Shown piece by piece: positions 9,001-16,423 of a stretch of DNA of 64,000 nucleotides. The notes under the pieces are model-generated. The model saw nothing but the letters and a program-made list of their open reading frames with translations, was not told the origin of the DNA and made no database searches. The position numbers and the translations under genes are program-made. Position 1 is the first letter of the stretch. Each line of letters begins with the position of its first letter. This DNA is from Anaerolineales bacterium (GTDB taxonomy: Bacteria; Chloroflexota; Anaerolineae; Anaerolineales; UBA11579), in assembly GCA_035446285.1 (NCBI GenBank), contig DAOMSJ010000003.1:70713-134712 (forward strand), read 5' to 3'.

Positions 9001-9521
9001 GCCCGCGTGATGTTGTGGTGCTCAGCGATGGCAACGTGCTAGTGACCGACACCGGCAACAAGCGCTTGCGTCTGTACGATGCGCAAGGCAACCACCTGAG
9101 CGACTATGGTGAATACGGCTTCGATCTCGGCCAGTTTGATGAGCCGGTGGGCCTGGCCTACGATGCCAGCCGCGAGATCATCTATGTGGCCGATACGTGG
9201 AATCAGCGCGTGCAGGTGCTGGAGTATCAGGACGGCCGCTTCATCCCCCAGCCCCCGTGGGAGATTGCCGGCTGGTATGGCCAGTCGCTCATCAACAAGC
9301 CTTATATGAGCGTAGGCCAGGGCGGCCAATTGTTCATTGCTGACCCGGAAGCGGGCCGCGTGCTGGTCTACAACCCCGATGGCACGATTGCCTATTTCTT
9401 CGGCGGCTACGATCAGACCGCGGCCAACATCGCCGTTGCCCAAGGCGTGGCCGCTGACCCCAACGGTGGTGTCTGGGTGATTGACAGCCAGAACGCTACT
9501 GTGTCTTGGTTCACTGAGTAG
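6051..9521 (+). CDS. Fusion protein: N-terminal polytopic GT-C-like membrane domain (TIGR03663/Agl23-like, ArnT/PMT-like) plus C-terminal NHL-repeat beta-propeller
   Basis: About 800 aa with many TM helices and a conserved MSHDETTHVYFS / PLSHGPIQFH start. The C-terminal about 330 aa has repeated NHL signatures (DTGNHRIQHL, DTWNHRVQQF, DTGNKRLRLY, DTWNQRVQVL). Confidence 0.65.
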   Translation: MAKDPSPSHTSWLDRPLLGGKKFTWEHAVLVLILLAAVVTRFHMLGERVMSHDETTHVYFSWQLFKGNGYQHDPLSHGPIQFHMLALSYFLFGDNDFTARAPQALFGVATVFFVWWAFRRYLGRNAAILASLFFLISPYTMYYSRYARNEIFVALFGLVMLWGILRYLDTGKNKFIYITVAAISLHFTSKETSFIYLAQALIFLGLVFLWRIAARKWKTEGARRVFFVTLVLSVALLFLAIGAQAQASEQDSTAAISATQVEEPVIPSEGESAGFESPLSATTVILGGLGALSLVAALVALFTGYGLPRLRQERAFTLMAILFALVLPHLSAFPIRWLHHDPMAYRDTSNLIFISGVVVVLAIISGVMGALVNWRAWWVSTAVFYAIFVPFYTTIFSNGLGFFSGLVGSLGYWLAQQAVERGNQPTYYYWGVQIPAYEFLAAAGSLLAGILGLRSLKRLQHTQPDPDSEGRDLLPHESYRMALVLFAFWAVTALIAYTVAGERMPWLTLHIAIPMLLLAAWAVSRLIARIPWASFAQNHGWMLLGSVLLCLVASFNLLGSLLGAAPPFQGNEQAQLQATYHFLFFVITFALGAYGVMHYALVGEWRRDQIARVATLLVFAALALTTFRIALRANFRNYDLATEYLVYAHMAPGPKIAINQIEEISRRLTDTLDLKVAYDNETSYPFWWYLRNYPNQRYYADQPSRDLRDFPVIIVGDSNYGKIEPVVGQSFYMFEYMRIWWPNQDYFDFSPSSIGYGYTAETGQPATQMGTGDYLRRVVQKLWSYIGDATTRDALWQIWINSDFTDYLTNKGQNASLEAWSPGRTMRIYIRKDVAAQIWDYGVQGVTPEDVLADPYEGKGRELPPQFTIGGFGSEPGQFISPRNAAAAPDGTLYVADTGNHRIQHLAPDGSVLHMWGSFADLAAGEAEGGTFNEPWSIAVSPDGEYVYVADTWNHRVQQFTSSGAFVRMWGYFGQDESSGALWGPRDVVVLSDGNVLVTDTGNKRLRLYDAQGNHLSDYGEYGFDLGQFDEPVGLAYDASREIIYVADTWNQRVQVLEYQDGRFIPQPPWEIAGWYGQSLINKPYMSVGQGGQLFIADPEAGRVLVYNPDGTIAYFFGGYDQTAANIAVAQGVAADPNGGVWVIDSQNATVSWFTE

Positions 9522-9528
9522 CCAGAAT

Positions 9529-10120
9529 ATGAGCAAAATAGAGAAACTTCTTGATGTTCACATTGCAGAGTACGAAGCTTTGCGACGAGAAATTGAGGTT
9601 CGCACAAATTCGCAGGTCCAGCTTATCAGCTATTCTGTTGCGATCATTGCTGCTGTAATAACACTACTCAGTATAGCCGTGGACACAGTAACAACCCAGT
9701 ATCCAGTAGTGTTGCTCATTGCCTCAACACTTCTCTCTACACTAATCTGGGCCACTCTTCATGAGATATCCTATATTTTAGAAATCTATAACTACATAAA
9801 TCAAGTACTAAAGAAGAATATAAAGAATACACTTGGTTTAAAAGGAAAAGTTCCTGAATATCTAGGCTGGGAGAAGTTTGCTTACGCACAATCCTTTCGC
9901 AGGTTTTCGCGCGGCGTGCTATCGCTAGGCATTACTGCAATTTCTGCAATTTACAAGCCTTACTTTCCTGGGAATGTACTTCCTAATTCGAGATCCATTT
10001 GCAGCAGAAGTGCCGCTATTTGAACTTGCTCTATTCATTCTCTCTATTTTTGCTTTCGTCTTCTCTTTCATCGGCTTTGCTGGAAACGCGGCTACTCTAA
10101 AGCTGGCAACCAAAAAGTAA
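9529..10120 (+). pseudogene. Hypothetical multi-TM membrane protein in a low-GC islet, apparently frameshifted near 9930-9965
   Basis: Frame 1 ORF is MSKIEKLLDVHIAEYEALRREIE...GITAISAIYK, with a stop at 10021-10023. The +1 frame is open from 9929 to the TAA at 10118-10120 and encodes a convincing TM continuation, LTFLGMYFLIRDPFAAEVPLFELALFILSIFAFVFSFIGFAGNAATLKLATKK. Confidence 0.45.
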
Positions 10121-10124
10121 GCAG

Positions 10125-10431
10125 TTAGCCTAAATCTTTCACATGCAAACTGTGAAATACGCGGTGCAACATGGGTGAGACCACAATACCCGTGGTGAGT
10201 GTGAACACCAGGCCAGACACCACTGCATAGCCGGTAGCAAACCATTTGCCCACATCGCTGCTGATCGGATTCACTGGCCCCATGCCCGAAAGAAACATCG
10301 CCGCGTTGAGCAGCGCATCCAGCCAGGCCATGTCGGTAGCCCAGCGTGCCGATGAGCAAGAATACGCTCATCAGGGCCAGCGCCAGCAGCACATGCCGCC
10401 CCCCTCGCACTGCAAACTGGCGGCGTGGCAA
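10125..10431 (-). pseudogene. Small 2-TM K+-channel-like (pore-loop) protein with non-canonical filter, apparently frameshifted near 10330-10340
   Basis: The frame starting at 10431 gives TM1 (MPRRQFAVRGGRHVLLALALMSVFLLIGTLGYRH). A different frame from 10331 gives the pore helix, loop and TM2 (MAWLDALLNAAMFLSGMGPVNPISSDVGKWFATGYAVVSGLVFTLTTGIVV). This matches the xxDALYFSxxTxTTVGYGDxxPxTxxGK layout of the Ion_trans_2 family, except that the filter is SGMGPV. Confidence 0.45.
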
Positions 10432-10493
10432 CAGCGGCTGGCTGCGCTACTCATAGCGAAACATGAGCCCATTATAGGGCGGATAAGCGGTGA

Positions 10494-10502
10494 TGTTATA
10501 AT
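10494..10502 (+). promoter_or_regulatory. Candidate extended -10 promoter element (TGtTATAAT) for sucCD
   Basis: tgttataat lies about 80 nt upstream of the sucC ATG. AAGGAG Shine-Dalgarno at 10567-10572. Confidence 0.3.
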
Positions 10503-10581
10503 GCACCCGTTTTGCCACACCAGCCAGGCTGCGACTTGGCGCTGCTAAAATCCGCTCTCTCCAAAGGAGCAATTCCCGGTT

Positions 10582-11715
10582 ATGAAGCTACACGAATACG
10601 ACTCGAAGAAGATCTTTGCCCAGTACGGCGTGCCCGTTCCCAAGGGCAAGATTGCCAAGACCCCCAAAGAGGCTGGCGAGATCGCCAAAGCCCTGGGTGG
10701 TGCAGTAGTGGTCAAGGCGCAAGTGCTGGTGGGTGGCCGCGGCAAGGCTGGCGGCGTGAAGGTGGTGAAGACCGCCAAGCAGGCTGAAGATGCCGCCAAG
10801 CAGATCATCGGCATGGATATCAAGGGCCTGCCGGTGCGCAAAGTGCTCATCGACCCTGCCATTGGCATCGCCAGCGAGATCTACTTAGGCATCACCAATG
10901 ACCGTGCGGCTCGCCAGCCGGTCATCATCGCCTCTGCGGCAGGCGGTGTAGACATTGAAGAAGTGGCCGCCACCAACCCCGAAAAGATCATCCGCGTACA
11001 TGTAAACCCGCTGTTGGGTCTGCAAGACTACAACATCCGTGACCTGGCCGTGGGCATTGAGCTGGACCGCAACCACTGGGCCGCCTTCCACAACATCTGC
11101 AAAGGACTGTGGGAAGCCTACAAGAACTCAGACGCCACACTGGCTGAGATCAACCCGCTGGTGATCACCGCAGACAATGAGCTGTTAGCCATCGATGGCA
11201 AGATGCTCATTGACGACAACGCTATCTTCCGCCAGCCCAAACTGGCCAAGCTGCGTGATTTGGACGAGGAAACCCCGGCCGAGACCCAGGCGCGCAAGAG
11301 CGGCCTGACCTATATCCAGCTGGACGGCGAGATTGGCTGTATGGTCAACGGCGCCGGTCTGGCGATGGCCACCATGGACATCATCAAGCTGTTCGGCGGC
11401 GAGCCAGCCAACTTCCTCGACATTGGCGGTGGCGCCAATGCAGAGAAGGTGGCAGCCGCCCTGCGCATCATCCTGCAAGACAAGAACGTCAAGGCTGTGC
11501 TGTTCAATATCTTCGGCGGCATTACGCGTGGCGATGAAGTGGCCAAGGGTATTCTCGAAGCACTCAAGAGCATCAAGACCGATGTGCCGATGGTGGTGCG
11601 CCTGGCGGGTACCAACGCCGCCGAGGGCCGCGCCCTGCTGGCCGATGCCGACATGATCACGGCCGAGACGCTAGCCGAAGCCGCACAGAAGGCTGTAGCC
11701 GCCGCCAAGGGCTAA
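10582..11715 (+). CDS. sucC: Succinyl-CoA synthetase (ADP-forming) beta subunit
   Basis: [21 protein letters not shown]-terminus, ATP-grasp fold, [15 protein letters not shown] and NIFGGITR motifs. Confidence 0.95.
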   Translation: MKLHEYDSKKIFAQYGVPVPKGKIAKTPKEAGEIAKALGGAVVVKAQVLVGGRGKAGGVKVVKTAKQAEDAAKQIIGMDIKGLPVRKVLIDPAIGIASEIYLGITNDRAARQPVIIASAAGGVDIEEVAATNPEKIIRVHVNPLLGLQDYNIRDLAVGIELDRNHWAAFHNICKGLWEAYKNSDATLAEINPLVITADNELLAIDGKMLIDDNAIFRQPKLAKLRDLDEETPAETQARKSGLTYIQLDGEIGCMVNGAGLAMATMDIIKLFGGEPANFLDIGGGANAEKVAAALRIILQDKNVKAVLFNIFGGITRGDEVAKGILEALKSIKTDVPMVVRLAGTNAAEGRALLADADMITAETLAEAAQKAVAAAKG

Positions 11716-11740
11716 GGCTGCAGAGGAAAGGAACTTATCC

Positions 11741-12604
11741 ATGGGAATTTTGGCTGACAAGAACACCCGTGTAGTGGTGCAAGGCATCACCGGCAACGAA
11801 GGCTTGTTTCACTCCCAGCGCATGCTGGAATATGGCACCCAGGTTGTAGGCGGTGTGCGCCCTGGCAAGGGCGGCGAATGGGTGCTGGATGGCAAGGTGC
11901 CCGTCTTCGACTCCGTGAAGGTGGCCGTAGACGCCACCGGCGCCGATTGCAGCATGATCATTGTGCCGCTGGCTGCTGCGGCAGACGCCATGCTGGAAGC
12001 CGCCGATGCGGGCGTGCGTCTCATCGTGTGCCTCACTGAAGGCATCCCCCTGCAAGACATGATGCGCGTGCGCGCCTACCTCGACTCGAAGGGTGTGCTG
12101 CTCATTGGCCCCAACTGCCCGGGTCTATTAACCCCCGGCCAGACCAAGATTGGCTTCATCCCCGGCGACAACGCCATCCCTGGCAATATTGGCGTCGTCT
12201 CCCGCTCTGGCACGCTGACCTATGAAGTGCTGTACGCCCTCAAACAGGTCGGCATGGGCTCCAGCACTACGGTGGGTATCGGTGGTGACCCCGTCAAGGG
12301 TCTGAACTTCATCGACATCCTGCAGATGTTCGAAGAAGACCCGCTGACCGACAAAGTGGTGATGATCGGTGAGATCGGTGGCACGGACGAAGAGAAGGCC
12401 GCCGAATACATCAGCAAGCACATGACCAAGCCGGTGGTGAGTTTCATCGCTGGCCGCGCTGCCCCTCCGGGCAAGCGCATGGGCCATGCGGGCGCTATCG
12501 TTGAAGGCAGCGCCGGCAGCGCCGAGGACAAGATTGCCGCGCTGACCAAGGCTGGCGTGCGCGTGGCAGACTATCCGGAGCAGATCCCGGACATGCTGAA
12601 GTAG
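11741..12604 (+). CDS. sucD: Succinyl-CoA synthetase alpha subunit
   Basis: [19 protein letters not shown], and the phosphohistidine loop GHAGAI. Confidence 0.95.
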   Translation: MGILADKNTRVVVQGITGNEGLFHSQRMLEYGTQVVGGVRPGKGGEWVLDGKVPVFDSVKVAVDATGADCSMIIVPLAAAADAMLEAADAGVRLIVCLTEGIPLQDMMRVRAYLDSKGVLLIGPNCPGLLTPGQTKIGFIPGDNAIPGNIGVVSRSGTLTYEVLYALKQVGMGSSTTVGIGGDPVKGLNFIDILQMFEEDPLTDKVVMIGEIGGTDEEKAAEYISKHMTKPVVSFIAGRAAPPGKRMGHAGAIVEGSAGSAEDKIAALTKAGVRVADYPEQIPDMLK

Positions 12605-12609
12605 GCTCT

Positions 12610-13188
12610 GTGCTCACTCTCTTCTCAGGCGTGTACTGGGTTGGCATGATGGTCAAGGCCGCCATCCGCGCCCCACTGCGCAACACCTGGAAGAGCAATA
12701 TAAAAGTAGAACAACGCTCCGCGCCGCGCGAGCGTTTGTTTTTAATTCTTCTGGGCTTGGTTGAGTTTTTACTGCCGCTACTCTTCGTAACCACGCACTG
12801 GCTGGATGACTTCAACTACAGCCTGCCCAGCTGGGCAGGCTGGGTTGGCGCCGTGCTGTTGGCCGCCTCACTGTGGATGCTGGCCAAAACCCATGCTGAC
12901 CTAAGCAAATTCTGGTCACCCGTGCTGGAGATCGTGGAAGGCCACAAGCTCATCACCACTGGCATTTACAGCAAAGTGCGCCACCCCATGTATGCCAGCC
13001 AATGGCTGTTTGTGGTGGCGCAGGCGCTGCTGCTGCACAACTGGGTCGCTGGCTTGGCGGGGATCGTGATCTTCGCGCCCTTCTACTTCATCCGCGCCCA
13101 CAGTGAAGAGCAGATGATGCTGGATGCATTTGGTGACGAGTACCGCCACTACATGGCCAGCACTGGGCGCGTTCTGCCCCGTGTTTAG
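12610..13188 (+). CDS. Isoprenylcysteine carboxyl methyltransferase / phospholipid methyltransferase family membrane protein
   Basis: Polytopic protein. Family motif LITTGIYSKVRHPMYASQWLF followed by EEQMMLDAFGDEY. Confidence 0.7.
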   Translation: MLTLFSGVYWVGMMVKAAIRAPLRNTWKSNIKVEQRSAPRERLFLILLGLVEFLLPLLFVTTHWLDDFNYSLPSWAGWVGAVLLAASLWMLAKTHADLSKFWSPVLEIVEGHKLITTGIYSKVRHPMYASQWLFVVAQALLLHNWVAGLAGIVIFAPFYFIRAHSEEQMMLDAFGDEYRHYMASTGRVLPRV

Positions 13189-13196
13189 GAGTAAGC

Positions 13197-13442
13197 ATGT
13201 TTAGAAAAGCACTGTTCATCGGTCTCATTCTGCTGGCAGTCCTCATCGGCTGGATGCAAATGAGCAAGATGCAGGCAGTGCAGATCGCCAACCCGGCCTC
13301 GATATACTGCCTCGAGCAAGGCGGCCAGCATGAGATCCGCAAAGATGCAAACGGCAACGAGATCGGGGTCTGCGTGTTTGATCCTGGCCATGAGTGCGAG
13401 GAGTGGGCCCTCTTCCAAGACAATGACTGTGTTGCCCCGTAA
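13197..13442 (+). CDS. DUF333-type small secreted protein (putative hemolysin family)
   Basis: Signal/TM segment, then NPASIYCLEQGG...GVCVF...CEEW, the Cys pattern typical of DUF333. Confidence 0.65.
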   Translation: MFRKALFIGLILLAVLIGWMQMSKMQAVQIANPASIYCLEQGGQHEIRKDANGNEIGVCVFDPGHECEEWALFQDNDCVAP

Positions 13443-13452
13443 GCAGGGAAAC

Positions 13453-13482
13453 AAAAAGAGCGGCAGTTGCCGCTCTTTTTTG
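13453..13482. terminator. Bidirectional intrinsic terminator between DUF333 gene and acpP
   Basis: aaaaa-gagcggc-agtt-gccgctc-tttttt: a 7-bp GC stem flanked by A-run and T-run. Confidence 0.7.
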
Positions 13483-13504
13483 TTTGCGTTCGAATGAAGG
13501 CGGG

Positions 13505-13750
13505 TTACTTCTTGCCTTCGATGTAATCGACAGCGCCACCTACGGTGGTGATGCTCTGTGCATCCTCATCGGAGATCTCGATGTTGAGCTTATCCTCGAG
13601 CGCCATGATCAGCTCCACGATGTCCAACGAGTCCGCCTCGAGGTCCTCGCGGAAACGAGCCTCACGGGTGACCTTGGCCTCATCTACGCCGAGCAGTTCG
13701 ACGACGGTAGCCTTCACTTGTTCAAATGTATCTGACATGTATGCCTCCAA
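13505..13750 (-). CDS. acpP: Acyl carrier protein
   Basis: 81 aa with phosphopantetheine attachment motif [16 protein letters not shown]. Confidence 0.9.
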   Translation of the reverse strand: MEAYMSDTFEQVKATVVELLGVDEAKVTREARFREDLEADSLDIVELIMALEDKLNIEISDEDAQSITTVGGAVDYIEGKK

Positions 13751-13855
13751 AAGTGTAGAGTGATATTTTACCGTCTTTAGCCGCTTATCTTGCGCTTAAT
13801 TAAGCGCCGAATTTGCGGTGGTAAACTACCCATCACTCCACAGGAACACTACTCT

Positions 13856-14890
13856 ATGGCGAAAGTTACGGGCACCGGCGCCCGAAAAGCCGACCACATT
13901 CGCATCAATCTCGAAGAAGACGTGCGCTCCGGGCTCACCACAGGCTTCGAGAAGTATTCCTTCCTGCACAACGCCCTGCCCGAACTGAACCTGAACGAGA
14001 TCAGCCTTGGCGTGCAGGTGTTTGGCAAGCAGCTTAAAGCGCCTCTGCTAATTTCCTCCATGACTGGCGGCACCGACGAAGCCGGCGCAATCAACCAGGC
14101 CCTGGCCGAAGCGGCCCAGGAAACCGGCATTGCCCTTGGCCTGGGCAGCCAGCGCGCCGCCATCGAGGACCCCAAGCTGGAGCCGACCTTCCGCGTGCGC
14201 AATGTAGCTCCGGATATTCTGCTGTTCGCCAACGTTGGCGCCGTGCAGCTCAACTATGGCTATGGCTTGAACCACTTGCAGCGTGCCGTAGACATGGCCG
14301 AGGCGGATGCGCTGATGCTGCACCTCAACGCGGTGCAGGAAGCAGTGCAGCCCGAAGGTGACACCAACTTCAGCGGTCTGCTCAAGAAGATTGAGATCAT
14401 GTGCAAGCAAATGCCCGTGCCAGTGGTCATCAAAGAAGTTGGCTGGGGCATCTCCGGTGAACTGGCCAAACAACTGGCGCGTGCTGGTGTACAGGCCATT
14501 GACGTGGCTGGTGCGGGCGGCACCTCCTGGAGCCAGGTAGAGATGCACCGTGCCAAGAATCCGAGCCAGGCGCGCCTTGCAGCTGCCTTTGTGGATTGGG
14601 GCATCCCCACGGCCGAGAGCATCATGCAGGTGCGCCAGGCCGTCAAGGCCATGCGCATCTTCGCCTCTGGCGGGCTGCGCAGCGGCGTGGATGTGGCCAA
14701 GGGCATCGCCCTGGGTGCAGAACTCGGCGGCATGGCTGGCCCCTTCCTCAAGGCTGCGGTGAAGTCCAGCGAAGCGGTGGTCGAGACCATTAACGAAGTC
14801 AGCCGAGAGCTGCAGGTGGCCATGTTTGCCGCCGGCGCAGGCGACATCGCCAGTTTGCAGGCCGTGCCGCTCATTTACCGCGGCGAATAG
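13856..14890 (+). CDS. fni: Isopentenyl-diphosphate delta-isomerase, type 2 (FMN-dependent)
   Basis: [26 protein letters not shown] and ASGGLRSG motifs of IDI-2. Start set at MAKVTGTG. Confidence 0.9.
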   Translation: MAKVTGTGARKADHIRINLEEDVRSGLTTGFEKYSFLHNALPELNLNEISLGVQVFGKQLKAPLLISSMTGGTDEAGAINQALAEAAQETGIALGLGSQRAAIEDPKLEPTFRVRNVAPDILLFANVGAVQLNYGYGLNHLQRAVDMAEADALMLHLNAVQEAVQPEGDTNFSGLLKKIEIMCKQMPVPVVIKEVGWGISGELAKQLARAGVQAIDVAGAGGTSWSQVEMHRAKNPSQARLAAAFVDWGIPTAESIMQVRQAVKAMRIFASGGLRSGVDVAKGIALGAELGGMAGPFLKAAVKSSEAVVETINEVSRELQVAMFAAGAGDIASLQAVPLIYRGE

Positions 14891-14959
14891 CCAAACCCTC
14901 ACCAAGCTTTTTTCAATTCGATAATCAAAGCGTGGCTGGCTAGTCTATAATCCAGCTCT

Positions 14960-15979
14960 ATGTCGCTCGCCTCATATCAAGAACAGTTGCTCCCTGCGAT
15001 TGAAGACGCGCTGCAAGCTGCCGTGCAGCCCGCATTGTTCACCAATACCCAATCTCCACAAGAATTGCTGGCCATGTTGCGCTATCACATGGGCTGGGAA
15101 GGCGAAGGCGCCGGCCCCAAAGCCTGCGGCAAGCGCGTGCGCCCCACCCTGGTGCTGCTGAGCGCGGCGGCTGCGGGCGCCGAGTGGCACAAGGCGCTGC
15201 CTGCCGCGGCGGCGGTGGAGATTCTGCACAACTTCTCGCTAATTCACGATGACATTCAAGATAACAGTGAGCAGCGCCGCGGCCGCCCCACCGTGTGGGC
15301 GAAGTGGGGCGTGGCTCAGGCCATCAACGCTGGCGATACGCTGTTCTCCCTGGCACACGTAGCGCTGGAAGGACTGATCGACAGCGTGTCTGAGCATACG
15401 TATGTGCAGGCCGCCCGCCTGCTGCCGCGCACCAGCTTGCAGCTCACCCAGGGCCAGTATCTGGACCTGGCCTATGAGGGCATGCCGGACATCACCGTAG
15501 ACGACTATTGGCCAATGATCTGGGGCAAGACCGGGGCGCTGATTGCTGCCTGTGTGCGCATGGGCGCCCTGGTGGCCGGCGCCGATGGCGCACGCCTCAA
15601 AGCCTACATGGTGTTCGGCGAGAAGCTGGGGCTGGCCTTCCAGGTACATGATGATTTTCTAGGTATCTGGGGCAACCCGGATGCCATGGGCAAATCGGCC
15701 CACACCGATCTGCTCAGTGGCAAGAAATCCCTGCCGGTGCTCTATGCGCTGCAAAAGAATGGGGAGTTTGCCCGCGGCTGGCGCGCCGGCGTGACCAAAG
15801 ACAATGTAGACGCCCTGGCTGACCAACTGGAAGCGGAAGGCGGCCGAGAGTTTTGCCGCCAGCAGGCAGACAAGCTGACCCAGGAAGCGATCGACGCCCT
15901 GCACAGCGCCAACCCCGCCGCCGCCCCCGGTGCGGCGTTGGTGGAGCTGGCCGAAGAACTCGGCCGCCGCGAGGTGTAG
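14960..15979 (+). CDS. Polyprenyl diphosphate synthase (trans-isoprenyl, GGPP/FPP synthase family)
   Basis: First Asp-rich motif LIHDDIQD and second motif region FQVHDDFLGIWG. Chain-length specificity is not determinable by eye. Confidence 0.8.
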   Translation: MSLASYQEQLLPAIEDALQAAVQPALFTNTQSPQELLAMLRYHMGWEGEGAGPKACGKRVRPTLVLLSAAAAGAEWHKALPAAAAVEILHNFSLIHDDIQDNSEQRRGRPTVWAKWGVAQAINAGDTLFSLAHVALEGLIDSVSEHTYVQAARLLPRTSLQLTQGQYLDLAYEGMPDITVDDYWPMIWGKTGALIAACVRMGALVAGADGARLKAYMVFGEKLGLAFQVHDDFLGIWGNPDAMGKSAHTDLLSGKKSLPVLYALQKNGEFARGWRAGVTKDNVDALADQLEAEGGREFCRQQADKLTQEAIDALHSANPAAAPGAALVELAEELGRREV

Positions 15980-16041
15980 ATTAAAAGCAATTGATGATTA
16001 ATCGGTCAATCCGATTGCTTCTTCTGATGAGTGAGAAACAG

Positions 16042-16320
16042 CGTCATTCCGAGGGGTCTTTATTGCATTAACTAAGCTTAACCGAGCAAACAACAGTGAT
16101 TTTTGCAATGCCCTAAAGGATTCCTCCTCGGGCTATCGCCCTCGTCGGAATGACTTAAGTAGCTATGTCAGATAGGACTGTCATTGTGAGCCACTGGCCG
16201 CTATGCGGCCAGTGCGCGTGGCAATCTGCCCACTACCTCTTATTGGCCAGGGAGATTGCTCGTCGGTTGAGCAAGAAACCGCGTCATTCCAAGGCTAGCC
16301 AGAGCCAATGCTGGAATGAC
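16042..16320. repeat. Cluster of three palindromic MITE/REP-like elements with GTCATT...AATGAC termini
   Basis: Element 1 (16042-16154): cgtcattccgagg...cctcgtcggaatgac. Element 2 (16180-16266): gtcattgtgagc...gggagattgctcgtcg, containing a perfect 10-bp hairpin cactggccgc-tat-gcggccagtg. Element 3 (16282-16320): cgtcattcca...tggaatgac. Confidence 0.75.
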
Positions 16321-16364
16321 TTAGGGAAGCATGTAAGAGCAGACCGCAAGGGAGCTACTCTGCA

Positions 16365-16400
16365 CAAAAAAGAGCACAAAGAAAAAATCTTTGTGCTCTT
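16365..16400 (-). terminator. Intrinsic terminator downstream of the 868-aa ATPase gene
   Basis: 11-bp stem agagcacaaag/ctttgtgctct with a 7-nt loop. On the minus strand it is followed by TTTTTT. Confidence 0.7.
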
Positions 16401-16423
16401 TGTGTCTTTGTGGTCAGTTTAGT

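Noticed and set aside
9925-10431. 168-aa minus-strand ORF taken at face value
   Set aside because: Only the first ~33 aa look like real protein (a TM helix). The rest runs antisense into the low-GC gene. The frame from 10331 gives a far better channel-like continuation, so it is interpreted as a frameshift rather than a 168-aa protein.
16165-16422. 85-aa plus-strand ORF in the repeat cluster
   Set aside because: It is translated straight through the GTCATT-type palindromic repeats and the terminator hairpin. There is no SD, so it is most likely a repeat artefact.
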